A stretch of 64,000 bases of DNA from Streptosporangiaceae bacterium. Lineage in GTDB: Bacteria; Actinomycetota; Actinomycetes; Streptosporangiales; Streptosporangiaceae. A program made the translations under genes and the position numbers. Positions 1 to 9,422 of this stretch are shown here, one piece after another. Numbering within the stretch: the first letter of the stretch is position 1; each line of letters begins with the position of its first letter. The stretch covers positions 7,397 through 71,396 of the forward strand of contig DASXLW010000080.1 of the NCBI GenBank assembly GCA_036496025.1. The letters run 5' to 3'. The notes under the pieces were generated by a model. That model was not told the origin of the DNA. It was given only the letters and a program-made list of their open reading frames with translations, and ran no database searches.

Positions 1-1
1 C

Positions 2-676
2 CGTCAGATCAACGCCAGCGCGCAGGTTCTGGACGCCGTCTCGCGCACGCTGAGGCTCGACTCGGCCGGGCGCTGGCACCTGTACCGGCTCGCCGAGGCG
101 ACGCCGCTGCGGTCGTGGGCCGGCTCGGCTCGCATCCCGGACTCGGTGCGCGCGGTGGTCCGCTCGCTCGATCCGCTGCCCGCGGTGCTGATCAACAGCG
201 GGTTCGACGTCATCGAGTCGAACGATGCGCACGAGGACCTGTTCTGGGACTGGCATTCTCTGCCGTGCGTGCACAAGAACCTGCTCTGGTGCTGCGTCAC
301 CGAGCCCACCGCGCGGGACCAGTTCCTTGATCACGACCGGGAATTGGCGTACCTGGTGGCCCGGCTGCGGGCCGCCTACGGCAGGCACGTCGGCGAGCCG
401 GAGTGGGAAGAGGACATCCGCCGGCTGGCCGACCTCAGCTCCGAGTTCGCCTCGCTCTGGGCCCGGCAGGAGGTCGCGGGCCCGCAGGAGCGGATGCGCC
501 GGTTCCGGCACCCAGCCGCCGGCGTGCTCACGTTCACCAGCACCGAGCTCGAGATCTCCGCGGTCCCCGAGCTTCGCGTCGTCGTCTACACCCCCCGGGA
601 TGAAGACACCTGGGCCCGGCTGCCGGTCACCCGGCGCGCTCCCGGCCAGCCATCGCCGTCGCACGCCTGTAGCTGA
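2..676 (+). CDS. MmyB-like (XRE family) transcriptional regulator, C-terminal ligand-binding part; 5' end lies outside the window
   Basis: The frame is open from nt 2. The translation (..LDAVSRTLRLDSAGRWHLYRLAE.. INSGFDVIESNDA.. LTFTSTELEI..) matches the MmyB-family regulator architecture as I remember it. Confidence 0.7.
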   Translation, partial: RQINASAQVLDAVSRTLRLDSAGRWHLYRLAEATPLRSWAGSARIPDSVRAVVRSLDPLPAVLINSGFDVIESNDAHEDLFWDWHSLPCVHKNLLWCCVTEPTARDQFLDHDRELAYLVARLRAAYGRHVGEPEWEEDIRRLADLSSEFASLWARQEVAGPQERMRRFRHPAAGVLTFTSTELEISAVPELRVVVYTPRDEDTWARLPVTRRAPGQPSPSHACS

Positions 677-795
677 CCAGGTAGCCGGCCGCCGGGCGGC
701 AGCCGGGCACAACGCGAGGCCTGGAGCCCGCCGCCGGCTGTCGGCCGCTGGCCCAGCCGGACACTGACCCGGTGCCCGCGGTCGCCGGCGCCGGC

Positions 796-1359
796 TCAGC
801 CTGGCCGTCGCCTGCGCGGCGAGGAACCCGGTCCTGACGGGTGGCTGCCGTGCAGGATCAGGTGCGCCGGCCTGCTCAGCTTGAGATACATCCGCACGTC
901 GTCGAAACGCTCGTCGCCGACCTCGATGACATCGGGTAGCCGGCCCCATTCCGCGAAACCGAGCTCCTCATAGAGCTGGATCGCGAGGTGGTTGTTGCCG
1001 CGCACGCCCAGGACCAGCGTCTCGATGCCAGCCGCGGCGGCGTTGGCGACGAGCTCGCGGGTCACGAGCTCGCCGAGCCGGGCGCCCCGGGCCCCGGGGT
1101 TGACCATGATCTTGACCAGCTCGGCCAGGTGCCGGAAGTAGGGGACCTGATCGCGGAGCCATCCGCCCATCGCGACCAGTCGGCCGTCCCGCCATGCGGT
1201 GCACAGCGCTCCGTCGCCCGCGGCGATGCTGGCGAACATGCCCGCCAGCCACTCGTCCGTCTCGGCCCGCGTCGGCGGGGTCATCCAGCCGATGGCCCCG
1301 CCGAGCTCGGTGACGGCCCCGATCAGGAGGTGCGACTGCCGCGCCAGTTCGTCCGTCAT
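796..1359 (-). CDS. GNAT family N-acetyltransferase
   Basis: ATG at 1359 (MTDELARQ..). Acetyl-CoA binding region VNPGARGARLGELV and the C-terminal LYEELGF motif are present. The longer ORF to 1608 is Arg/Pro-rich and looks non-coding. Confidence 0.75.
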   Translation of the reverse strand: MTDELARQSHLLIGAVTELGGAIGWMTPPTRAETDEWLAGMFASIAAGDGALCTAWRDGRLVAMGGWLRDQVPYFRHLAELVKIMVNPGARGARLGELVTRELVANAAAAGIETLVLGVRGNNHLAIQLYEELGFAEWGRLPDVIEVGDERFDDVRMYLKLSRPAHLILHGSHPSGPGSSPRRRRPG

Positions 1360-1434
1360 GCCCGTCGGCCACTCGAGGCCGGATTCGGCTGCCACGGGTC
1401 CATCCTCTCCTGCCGAGCCTGGTACCCAGGAAGG

Positions 1435-1785
1435 ATGACAGAGCAGGAGCGGGCGCGGGAGCGGCTGGCGGCCGAACGGGCGGACGCGCTCGTGCGGCTG
1501 AACGGGCTGGAGCGGGAGCTGGCCGGGATCATCGAGTCGTCCGGCGCGGCCGGCACGGACGACGAGCACGACCCGGAGGGCGCGACGATCGCGTTCGAGC
1601 GGCAGCACGTCGCCGCTCTGCTCGGCCAGGCCAGGCAGCAGCTGGCGGAGATCGACGCAGCCCTGCGCAGGGTGGCGGCGGGCAGCTACGGCCGGTGCGA
1701 CAAGTGCGGGCAGCCGATCGGGACCGACCGCCTTGCCGCCCGGCCGGCCGCTACGACCTGTATCGGCTGTGCCTCCCGGCGCTGA
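1435..1785 (+). CDS. DksA/TraR family C4-type zinc-finger protein
   Basis: ATG at 1435 (MTEQERARE..). A coiled-coil N-terminus is followed by CDKCGQPI..(17)..CIGC, a four-Cys zinc finger. Confidence 0.8.
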   Translation: MTEQERARERLAAERADALVRLNGLERELAGIIESSGAAGTDDEHDPEGATIAFERQHVAALLGQARQQLAEIDAALRRVAAGSYGRCDKCGQPIGTDRLAARPAATTCIGCASRR

Positions 1786-1850
1786 CCCGGCACCCGGCCG
1801 GCCCTCGCGACCTGCGTCGGCTGCGACTCCCGGCGCTGAGCAGCACCCGG
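1756..1850. repeat. About 54-bp-period imperfect tandem duplication (about 1.75 copies) spanning the stop codon of the DksA-like CDS
   Basis: acctgtatcggctgtgcctcccggcgctgacccggcacccgg (1756-1797) recurs as acctgcgtcggctgcgactcccggcgctgagcagcacccgg (1810-1850). Confidence 0.7.
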
Positions 1851-1857
1851 CTCAGCG
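1834..1857. terminator. Candidate bidirectional hairpin terminator between convergent DksA-like and aquaporin genes
   Basis: 8-bp stem cgctgagc / gctcagcg with an 8-nt loop. It lies 10 nt beyond the aqpZ stop and 49 nt beyond the DksA-like stop. There is no T-tract, as is common in actinobacteria. Confidence 0.4.
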
Positions 1858-1866
1858 GGAGGACGG

Positions 1867-2640
1867 CTACCCTCTGCGGGGCTCCGTCACGGGCTGAGTC
1901 TGCTCCTCGCGGGCCGGGGCGACCGACGCCTCTTCCTCGCCCTTGGGGTACAGGAACTGGTAGAGGAGAGCGGACAGCGCCCCGCCCACCAGCGGCGCGA
2001 CGATGAACAGCCACAACTGGCTGAGCGCCGTGCCGCCCACGAACAGAGCCGGGCCGAGGCTGCGCGCCGGGTTGACCGAGGTGCCGTCGATCGGAATCCC
2101 GACCAGATGCACGGTCGTGAGGGCCAGCCCGATCACCAGCCCGGCGACCGCGGCGTTACTCACCCGGCGGGTCACCGTCAAGATGACGAATACGAACAAG
2201 AAGGTCAGGATGACCTCCGCAATGAAGGCCGCCCCGGCGTTCGCTCCGATCATCGACGAGGCACCGAAGCCGTTAGCCCCCAGGCCGGTGCTTTTCTTGT
2301 AGCTCGAGGTCAGGTTGAAGGTGCCGTAAAGGACCGCCGCGCCGGCTATCGCCCCGATGAACTGGGCTATCCAGTAGCCGATGGCGTCCGCGAACGTGAT
2401 CCTCCGCCCGACCAGGAAGCCGATCGTAACGGCCGGATTTATGTGGCAGCCGGAAACCGGTCCGAAGGCATAGACCAGAGCCAGCAGGATGAGGCCGAAG
2501 GCGAGCGCGGTGGCCACGACTCCCGCGGAGATGCTGGATCCGGTGGTCTTGAACCCGAAGGCGAGGGTGGCGGTCCCCGCCCCGAAGAACACCAGCAATG
2601 CCGTCCCGACGGCCTCCGCGATCAGTGGCCGATTCTTCAT
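1867..2640 (-). CDS. aqpZ: Aquaporin Z / MIP family channel
   Basis: 257 aa and multi-TM, with two NPA boxes (HINPAVT and VNPARS). Confidence 0.9.
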   Translation of the reverse strand: MKNRPLIAEAVGTALLVFFGAGTATLAFGFKTTGSSISAGVVATALAFGLILLALVYAFGPVSGCHINPAVTIGFLVGRRITFADAIGYWIAQFIGAIAGAAVLYGTFNLTSSYKKSTGLGANGFGASSMIGANAGAAFIAEVILTFLFVFVILTVTRRVSNAAVAGLVIGLALTTVHLVGIPIDGTSVNPARSLGPALFVGGTALSQLWLFIVAPLVGGALSALLYQFLYPKGEEEASVAPAREEQTQPVTEPRRG

Positions 2641-2792
2641 CCGGTTTCTCCCCTCACCGACAGGCTCAGACCAAGCGCGTATCCGGGGTAGTTTTCCATC
2701 TTCTCCGGCGTGTGCAAAGCACCTCTAAAGCCGAACAGGCCGCATCGCGGCATGATGCGCCGGCTATCCGCGCGGCCGTGACGGCCGGACGC

Positions 2793-3641
2793 CTACTCCA
2801 GCGTGAGGATCTCGTGGCCGGATTCGGTCACCAGGACGGTGTGCTCGAACTGCGCGGTCCGCCTTCTGTCCCTGGTCACCGCGGTCCAGCCGTCCGGCCA
2901 GATGTCGTAGCTGATCGTGCCCAGGGTGAGCATCGGCTCGATCGTGAACGTCATCCCCGGTTCCATCACGACGTGGGTGTCCGGATCGTCGAAGTGGGGC
3001 ACGACCAGCCCGGAGTGGAACGTGGTCCCGATGCCGTGCCCGGTAAAGTCGCGCACCACGCCGTAGCCGAACCGCCTCGCGTAGGACTCGATCACCCGGC
3101 CGATGGCGTTCAGCGGCCGGCCGGGCGCCACCACGGCGATACCGCGCATCATCGCCTCGCGGGTGCGCTGGACGAGCAGCCGCGACTCCTCGTCCACGTT
3201 CCCGGCCAGGAACGTGGCATTCGTGTCACCGTGCACGCCGCCGATGTAAGCGGTGATGTCCACGTTCACGATGTCCCCGTCGGCGATCACCGTGTCGTCC
3301 GGGATGCCGTGGCAGATGACCTCGTTGAGGGACGTGCACAGCGACTTGGGGTAGCCGCGGTAGCCCAGCGTGCTCGGGTAGGCGCCGTGGACCACCAGGA
3401 ACTCGTGCCCGATCCGGTCGAGCTCGTCGGTGCTGACGCCCGGGACGACGTGCCGCCCCACCTCGGCCAGCGCGCGGGCCGCCAGCCGCCCGGCCACCCG
3501 CATCCGCTCGATCGTGTCGGCGTCCTTCACGTCGGGCTCGCCGAGCGTCGGCCGTTTCTTGCCGACATACTCGGGCCGCGGGATGTCGGCGGGAACCTGG
3601 CGCAGCGGGGAGAGCCGGCCAGGCTGGAGCATAGTCGTCAT
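2793..3641 (-). CDS. map: Type I methionine aminopeptidase
   Basis: Metal-ligand and other conserved segments are present ([33 protein letters not shown]). Start is taken at ATG 3641; ATG 3632 or GTG-independent 3671 are alternatives. Confidence 0.9.
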   Translation of the reverse strand: MTTMLQPGRLSPLRQVPADIPRPEYVGKKRPTLGEPDVKDADTIERMRVAGRLAARALAEVGRHVVPGVSTDELDRIGHEFLVVHGAYPSTLGYRGYPKSLCTSLNEVICHGIPDDTVIADGDIVNVDITAYIGGVHGDTNATFLAGNVDEESRLLVQRTREAMMRGIAVVAPGRPLNAIGRVIESYARRFGYGVVRDFTGHGIGTTFHSGLVVPHFDDPDTHVVMEPGMTFTIEPMLTLGTISYDIWPDGWTAVTRDRRRTAQFEHTVLVTESGHEILTLE

Positions 3642-3661
3642 GGTCTGAAATTCTAATCGGC

Positions 3662-3838
3662 ATGGAGACACAGCAGCGCTGGTACTTCTGCACCCGGCAT
3701 GGGACGGTCGAGACCGAGGACGGAGCGTGCCCGGGCAAGGACCGGCTCGGGCCCTACGCGACCCGGGAGGAGGCCGAGCACGCGCTGGAGACCGTGCAAC
3801 GGCGCAACGAGGAGTGGGACGCGGCCGACGGCGACTGA
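3662..3838 (+). CDS. Small conserved hypothetical protein (58 aa)
   Basis: Translated by hand: [60 protein letters not shown]3 is high. It is below the ORF-track size cutoff and is divergent from map. Confidence 0.55.
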   Translation: METQQRWYFCTRHGTVETEDGACPGKDRLGPYATREEAEHALETVQRRNEEWDAADGD

Positions 3839-3866
3839 CGCGCCCGGCGGCGACTGACGCGCCCGG
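3829..3866. repeat. 19-bp perfect tandem duplication spanning the stop codon of the 58-aa CDS
   Basis: cggcgactgacgcgcccgg x2 (3829-3847 and 3848-3866). The first copy contains TGA 3836-3838. Confidence 0.85.
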
Positions 3867-3898
3867 CCAGGCGCGAGCGCCCCGGCGGACACGGAGCC

Positions 3899-4008
3899 GG
3901 GGCGCGGACGCAGTCAGGGCGGCGGACGCGATCCGGGCGGCGGGCGCGAGCCGGGTGACCCAGCGAGCCGGGTGACCCCGCGGGCCGGGTGACCCCGCGG
4001 GCCGGGCT
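3899..4008. repeat. 17-18-bp-period degenerate tandem array (about 6 units) upstream of the YbjQ-like operon
   Basis: Units are ggggcgcggacgcagtca / gggcggcggacgcgatcc / gggcggcgggcgcgagcc / gggtgacccagcgagcc / gggtgaccccgcgggcc x2. Confidence 0.7.
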
Positions 4009-4067
4009 CATACCGCGGTTCCCATCGCCCGCCCGGTAAGGTGTGGGCAGCGAGGAAGGGGTGGCGG

Positions 4068-5063
4068 TTGACCCAAGACCGGCCAGGCGACCCCGGACGG
4101 CCAGCCCGGCCCGCAGGCACCGGCTCAGGGCTTCCGGCGGCCGCCGAGGCGCGGATGGCGGAGATCCGCGACAGCGGTACCTGGGGATCGGCGTTGTCGG
4201 CCGATGAGTTCGCCGCGATCCGCGGTACCGGGTTCGAGCCCGTGGGCCAGGTGCTCGGCGCCGCCGTCTACAACATCGGCTACACCGGCGGATTCGCCTG
4301 CCCGGGTTCCTGGGCGGGCTACGGCGGCTGGGCGACGCCGTACCGAAGCGTCACGCAGGTGTCGGGCCAGGGCGGCTACGGGTCATTCGGCGCGCTGGTG
4401 CAGACCATGTACGAGGCCCGCCGCGCTGCGATCGGCCGGATGACCACCGAATGCGCCCAGCTCGGCGGGCACGGAGTCGTGGGTGTCTCGCTCACCATCG
4501 GCCCCTTCCCGGCCGGCGGCCTGGAGTTCAAGGCGATCGGCACCGCGGTCCGGGCGCCCGGTGCGGCGCCGCTGCGCGCGCCGTTCACCTCGAACCTGTC
4601 CGGGCAGGACTTTGCCAAGCTGGTCACGACCGGCTGGGTGCCGGCCGGCCTGGTCCTCGGCATCTCCATCGGCGCCCGGCACGACGACTGGCTGACCACG
4701 GGGCAGACCCGGTGGGGCGTCGGCAACGGCGAGGTGACCGGCTACACAGAGCTGGTCAACGACGCCCGGCACGACGCGCGGGTACAGCTGGAGAAGGACG
4801 TGCGCGCGCACGGCGCAGAGGCCGTGGTGATCGCCGACATGAAGATGCGGGTGCGCGAGCGGGAATGCCCGTCCCAGCAGCATGGCCGGGACCATATCGC
4901 CGAGGTGACGATCATCGGCACGGCTATCGCCCGGTTCACCCGCCGGGAGCGGCACGGGGTCCGGCCCAGCCTGCCGATACTTTCGCTTGACCCGCAGCGT
5001 CGGCAGGCCGCCCGGGTCCGGCTGGGGCCCGACCCGCTGACCGAGGGAAGGAGGGTTGTGTGA
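4068..5063 (+). CDS. Double YbjQ/UPF0145-domain protein (annotated in databases as heavy-metal-binding domain protein)
   Basis: Two YbjQ-like halves are present (..ALSADEFAAIRGTGFEPVGQVLG.. and ..FTSNLSGQDFAKLVTTGWVPAGLVLG..). Start is uncertain: TTG 4068 has gaggaagggg 8 nt upstream, and GTG 4041 or ATG 4155 are alternatives. Confidence 0.7.
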   Translation: MTQDRPGDPGRPARPAGTGSGLPAAAEARMAEIRDSGTWGSALSADEFAAIRGTGFEPVGQVLGAAVYNIGYTGGFACPGSWAGYGGWATPYRSVTQVSGQGGYGSFGALVQTMYEARRAAIGRMTTECAQLGGHGVVGVSLTIGPFPAGGLEFKAIGTAVRAPGAAPLRAPFTSNLSGQDFAKLVTTGWVPAGLVLGISIGARHDDWLTTGQTRWGVGNGEVTGYTELVNDARHDARVQLEKDVRAHGAEAVVIADMKMRVRERECPSQQHGRDHIAEVTIIGTAIARFTRRERHGVRPSLPILSLDPQRRQAARVRLGPDPLTEGRRVV

Positions 5064-5962
5064 CCAGGCCAGCAGATGAAGCCGAGGGAGAGGCGATGAC
5101 CGAGCAGCAGGGCGCGGACCTCAGTACGGCCGACGCGCAGCACGCGCCGGCCGGGGTGCCGCAGGACGCGATGCGGCGCCTGGCCGAACTGCAGCCCGGC
5201 CGGGCCGGCGCCATCTTCACCTCGGACCTGTCGGTGAACGAGTTCCTGCTCGTTCGCGAGGCCGGCTTCCGGCCGCTGGGCCTGGTCCTCGGCAGCTCGA
5301 TCTACCACGTAGGCCTGCAGCTGGGCCGGTGGAGCAAGAACCAGGAGCTCGACGTCCTCTCCCAGGCGATGTACCACGCCCGCGAGCTGGCCATGAGCCG
5401 GATGGAGGCCGAGGCCGACGAACTGCGGGCCGACGGCATCGTCGGCGTGCGGCTGGACGTGGAGATGAAGGAGTTCGGCAGCGACATTGCCGAGTTCATC
5501 GCGGTCGGCACGGCGGTGCAGGCCGAAGAGGGAGCCGGCGGCGGGGGTGTCGCCCAGTGGCGGAACAACAAGAACCAGCCGTTCACCTCGGACCTGTCCG
5601 GGCAGGACTTCTGGACGCTTATCCGGGCCGGCTACGCGCCGCTGGGCATGGTGATGGGCTCGTGCGTTTACCACGTGGCGCACCAGCGGCTGGGCGGCAT
5701 GCTGGGTAACATCGGCAAGAACGTGGAGTTGGAGCAGTTCACCCAGGCGCTGTATGACGCCCGCGAGCTGGCCATGAGCCGGATGCAGGCCGAGGCCGAG
5801 GAGCTGCATGCCGAGGGCATCGTCGGAGTGCAGCTCCGCCAGCACAGCCACACCTGGGGCTCGCACACCACCGAGTTCTTCGCGATCGGTACCGCGGTGC
5901 GCCCGCTGCGCGCCGACCACATCATCGAGCGGCCGACGATGGTGCTCAGCCTCGACTCCTGA
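5060..5962 (+). CDS. Double YbjQ/UPF0145-domain protein, paralogue of the upstream gene
   Basis: GTG 5060 overlaps the upstream TGA (GTGA), and ggaaggaggg lies 5-14 nt upstream. Two repeats begin with FTSDLS(V/G).. and end with ..AIGTAV. Confidence 0.75.
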   Translation: MTRPADEAEGEAMTEQQGADLSTADAQHAPAGVPQDAMRRLAELQPGRAGAIFTSDLSVNEFLLVREAGFRPLGLVLGSSIYHVGLQLGRWSKNQELDVLSQAMYHARELAMSRMEAEADELRADGIVGVRLDVEMKEFGSDIAEFIAVGTAVQAEEGAGGGGVAQWRNNKNQPFTSDLSGQDFWTLIRAGYAPLGMVMGSCVYHVAHQRLGGMLGNIGKNVELEQFTQALYDARELAMSRMQAEAEELHAEGIVGVQLRQHSHTWGSHTTEFFAIGTAVRPLRADHIIERPTMVLSLDS

Positions 5963-5980
5963 CGGTCCTGACCGGGCTTC

Positions 5981-6646
5981 TTACCGCGGCGGCGATCCGC
6001 TGACGGTGTCCAGCAGCCTGGCCAGCCTGCTGCGCAGCCCGCGCAGGCCGGTCGGCTGCCCCGGCTGCCCTGGCTGCCCCGGCGGCCCGGGGCCGGGACC
6101 GCGCCCTCCGGCCGCCGCGCTGACTAGGTGCTGTGCCGCGTCGAAGGTAACCGGGCCGGCCGCCTCTCGGACGGTCAGCGTCTCGTGGGCCAGATCCTCA
6201 AGCTCCCGGTCGCCCTGGTCGAGGGCGAGGATCACGGCACCGGCCCGGCGCGCGTCGCTGACCCGCTCGAGCAGCGGAACCGGCGCTGCCTGCGGGCTGA
6301 CCACGAACAGCGCCTCGCCGCGGCGGGCCGCCTCCAGCCGCCCCAGGCCGACCCGCAGATGGTCTGGGCCCCCGGCCGGCGGCGCCCACCGGATCAGCGT
6401 CGGCATGAGCTCGGGAATGCCTGCGAACCTGCTCTCCTCGTCGAGATGGGCGGCCAGGTGCCAGGGCTCCTCGCTAGGCGTTCCGACCAGCAGCAGGCCC
6501 CCGGGCGTCCGGGCGCCCGACCGCAGCGCCCGGGCGAACGCCGTGGTCCGCTCCAGCCACCCGGTGGGGGCGAGCAGCGCGTACAGCGCCGCCACCTGAT
6601 CGGCATCCACCCGCCCATGGTGCCCTACCGCGCCAGGGCCCCGCAT
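5981..6646 (-). CDS. Conserved hypothetical protein
   Basis: 221-aa ORF with coding-like composition. I recognised no motif. A PGQPGQPGQP low-complexity stretch lies near the C-terminus. Confidence 0.5.
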   Translation of the reverse strand: MRGPGAVGHHGRVDADQVAALYALLAPTGWLERTTAFARALRSGARTPGGLLLVGTPSEEPWHLAAHLDEESRFAGIPELMPTLIRWAPPAGGPDHLRVGLGRLEAARRGEALFVVSPQAAPVPLLERVSDARRAGAVILALDQGDRELEDLAHETLTVREAAGPVTFDAAQHLVSAAAGGRGPGPGPPGQPGQPGQPTGLRGLRSRLARLLDTVSGSPPR

Positions 6647-6717
6647 CGGCCGGTGCTGGCGATCGCCCGCGGGATGACTAAGGGTGGCGTCAGCGCCGGT
6701 CTCGCCAGCGCCAGGGC

Positions 6718-7581
6718 TCAGTGGTAGGAGTACTCCTCGGCCGGGAACGCCCCCGAGGTCACGTCCTCGGCGTAGGCGGTGGCCGCAGCGCGCAGCGTCC
6801 CGGCCAGGTCGGCGTACCGCTTGACGAACTTGGGCACGCGCGGCGAAAGCCCGGCCATGTCCTGCCAGACCAGGACCTGGGCGTCACAGTCAGGGCCGGC
6901 GCCGATCCCGATGGTCGGTATCGACAGCGATTGCGTCACCCGGGCGGCGAGCGTGGCGGGCACGGCCTCCAGCACCAGGCTGAACGCGCCCGCGGTTTGC
7001 AGTGCCTTCGCGTCATGCAGCAGCCGTTCGCCGTCCTCGCCGCGGCCCTGCACCCGGTAGCCGCCGAAGGCGTGGACCGACTGCGGAGTCAGGCCGAGAT
7101 GGCCCATCACCGGTATCCCGGCCGCGACCAGCTCTTCGACCTGACGTAGCACGCGGTCGCCGCCCTCGAGCTTGACGGCGTGCGCCCCCGATTCCTTCAG
7201 GAACCGGGTCGCCGCGGCGAGCGCAGCCTGCGGCGAGGCCTGGTAGGAGCCGAACGGCAGGTCCGCCACGACCATGGCCCGGCTGGTCGCCCTGACCACC
7301 GCGGCGGTCAGTGGGATCAGGTCGTCCACGGTGACCGGGATGGTCGTGTCGTGACCGTAGACCACCATTGCGGCGGAGTCGCCGACGAGCAGCACGGGAA
7401 TGCCGGCCTCGTCGAACACCCGGGCGGTCAGCGCGTCGTATGCGGTGAGCATGGGCCATTTCTCGGCCCGGCCCTTGGCGGCGGCTATGTCCCGCACGGT
7501 GATCCGCCGCCCCGCCTTCCCGCCGTAGAGAGGCTCGGGCTGGGCGCCGGCCGCGGCCGGGCCGCCTGGAACAGGATTCAT
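6718..7581 (-). CDS. panB: 3-methyl-2-oxobutanoate hydroxymethyltransferase
   Basis: ATG 7581 (MNPVPGG..). The segments ..[39 protein letters not shown].. and ..AVKLEGG.. are typical PanB. Confidence 0.9.
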   Translation of the reverse strand: MNPVPGGPAAAGAQPEPLYGGKAGRRITVRDIAAAKGRAEKWPMLTAYDALTARVFDEAGIPVLLVGDSAAMVVYGHDTTIPVTVDDLIPLTAAVVRATSRAMVVADLPFGSYQASPQAALAAATRFLKESGAHAVKLEGGDRVLRQVEELVAAGIPVMGHLGLTPQSVHAFGGYRVQGRGEDGERLLHDAKALQTAGAFSLVLEAVPATLAARVTQSLSIPTIGIGAGPDCDAQVLVWQDMAGLSPRVPKFVKRYADLAGTLRAAATAYAEDVTSGAFPAEEYSYH

Positions 7582-7702
7582 GACGAAACCTCCTCGCCTC
7601 GAGGCGCCCCACTGGCGTCCCCGGACGACTCGATCATTGCACGGCGTGCTCGCCGGCGCGAGACGGCGGCCCGGCCGAAAATCGGGTGACATCGGGAATG
7701 TA

Positions 7703-7731
7703 TATCGATACGCTCCTGTTCCGTATCGATA
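7703..7731. promoter_or_regulatory. Two copies of the 8-bp palindrome TATCGATA, 21 bp apart: candidate TetR operator pair
   Basis: tatcgata occurs at 7703-7710 and 7724-7731, in an AT-richer patch of the panB / MFS divergent intergenic region. This is about 100 nt upstream of the MFS-TetR gene pair. Confidence 0.4.
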
Positions 7732-7833
7732 ATGGTCACGATCCCCAACGTGGCCGCGCCATCTTACGAGCCCAACGTCGGCGGCGGACCCGATCTTCCC
7801 GCCGGGCGCCCGCTGCCTCATCCGAAAGGAACC

Positions 7834-9417
7834 ATGGACAAGCAGATGATCTACCGCAGGCGCTGGGGCATCCTCAGTGTCCTGATCGTCGGGCTGCTAG
7901 CCATCGTCATCGACAACACCGTCCTGAACGTCGCCCTCAAGACCATCGCCGAGCCGCGCGGCGGGCTCGGCGCCAGCCAGAGCCAGCTTGAATGGGCCAT
8001 CAACTCCTACACCCTCGTCTTCGCCGGCCTGCTGTTCACTTTCGGCGTAATCGGCGACCGGGTGGGCCGCAAGCGGATGCTCATGATCGGCCTCGCGCTG
8101 TTCGGCATCGGGTCGCTTCTTTCCGCCTATTCGCAGTCGCCCGACCAGCTCATCTTCGCCCGGGCCGCAATGGGCCTCGGCGGCGCCGCCGTGATGCCGC
8201 AGACCCTGTCCATCATCTCCAACGTGTTCGAGCCCAACGAGCGGCCGCGGGCCATCGGCCTATGGGCCACCGCGGTGGGCCTGGGGGTGGCCGTCGGCCC
8301 GGTGCTCGGCGGCTTGCTCCTGGCCCACTTCTGGTGGGGCTCGGTCTTCCTGATCAACGTGCCGGTGACCGTGGCGGGCGCGATCGCGGTCGCGATCTTG
8401 GTCCCGGAGTCCAAGAACCCGGACCCCGGGAAGATCGACTACCTCGGCGTGCTGCTGTCCGTCGTCGGCCTCGTGCTCGTCGTCTACGGCATCGTCCAGG
8501 GCGGCGACACCGGGTCCTGGGTGCGCGGTGACGTGCTCAGCCCGCTGTTCGGCGGGCTGGCCGTGCTGGGGATTTTCGCCTGGCACGAGAGCCGCATTTC
8601 GCATCCTTCGCTGGACGTGCGGCTGTTCGCCGATCACCGGCTTTCCGCCTCGGTCGGGGCGATCAGCCTGCTGTTCTTCGGCATGGGTGGCGTGTACTTC
8701 TTCACCACCTTCTACCTGCAGAACGTCCGCGGCTACAGCGCGCTCGACGCCGGCCTGCTGACCATCCCGTTCGCGGTCGGCCAGCTGCTGTTCTCGCCGC
8801 GCAGCGCCGCGCTGGTGCAGCGGTTCGGGGCCAAGGCCGTCGGCGCGTCGGGCATGCTGGTCATGGCCGGCGCGCTGGCCGGGTACGCGGTGCTCGGGAC
8901 ATCCACGCCGATCTGGGTTCTGGGGGTGCTGTTCGCCGTCCAGGGCGCGGGCATCGGCGTGGCGATTCCCTCGGCCACCTCGGCGGTGATGGACGTGCTG
9001 CCTCGCGAGCGGGCCGGGGCCGGCTCGGCGCTGACCAACACCGCCCGCCAGGTCGGTGTGGCGCTCGGCGTCGCCGTGCTCGGCTCGATCCTGGCTCAGT
9101 CCTACCGGGACCACCTCAGTCCCGCCCTGTCCGCCCTGCCGGCGGCGGCGCGCGGCACCGCGGGCCAGTCGATCGCGGCTACTCAGGCCGTCGCGCAGCA
9201 CCTGGGTGCCACAGGCCGGGGCCTGCTCGGGCCGGCCGACTCGGCGTTCACCGACGCCATGCACGTCACCACGGTGGTGGGAGCGCTGATCGCGCTGGCC
9301 GGGGCGCTCGTGGTGCTCCGGTGGATGCCGGGTGCGCGGCAGCCGGCGCCCGCGCCGGTACCGGCCGAGGCCGAGCGCAGCGAGATGGCCGGCGAGCCGG
9401 CGGGCGTGGAAGGATAA
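7834..9417 (+). CDS. MFS transporter, DHA2 (EmrB/QacA-like, 14-TM) drug/proton antiporter family
   Basis: ATG 7834 is preceded by gaaagga. The N-terminus ..[25 protein letters not shown].. and motif ..[10 protein letters not shown].. are present, and length and hydrophobicity fit 14 TM. Confidence 0.85.
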   Translation: MDKQMIYRRRWGILSVLIVGLLAIVIDNTVLNVALKTIAEPRGGLGASQSQLEWAINSYTLVFAGLLFTFGVIGDRVGRKRMLMIGLALFGIGSLLSAYSQSPDQLIFARAAMGLGGAAVMPQTLSIISNVFEPNERPRAIGLWATAVGLGVAVGPVLGGLLLAHFWWGSVFLINVPVTVAGAIAVAILVPESKNPDPGKIDYLGVLLSVVGLVLVVYGIVQGGDTGSWVRGDVLSPLFGGLAVLGIFAWHESRISHPSLDVRLFADHRLSASVGAISLLFFGMGGVYFFTTFYLQNVRGYSALDAGLLTIPFAVGQLLFSPRSAALVQRFGAKAVGASGMLVMAGALAGYAVLGTSTPIWVLGVLFAVQGAGIGVAIPSATSAVMDVLPRERAGAGSALTNTARQVGVALGVAVLGSILAQSYRDHLSPALSALPAAARGTAGQSIAATQAVAQHLGATGRGLLGPADSAFTDAMHVTTVVGALIALAGALVVLRWMPGARQPAPAPVPAEAERSEMAGEPAGVEG

Positions 9418-9422
9418 GCGCC

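Noticed and set aside
4742-5920. 392-aa minus-strand ORF overlapping both YbjQ-like genes
   Set aside because: It lies antisense to two genes with clear domain content. Its translation is Arg/Ala/Gly/Pro-rich with no motifs. This is a typical shadow ORF in high-GC DNA.
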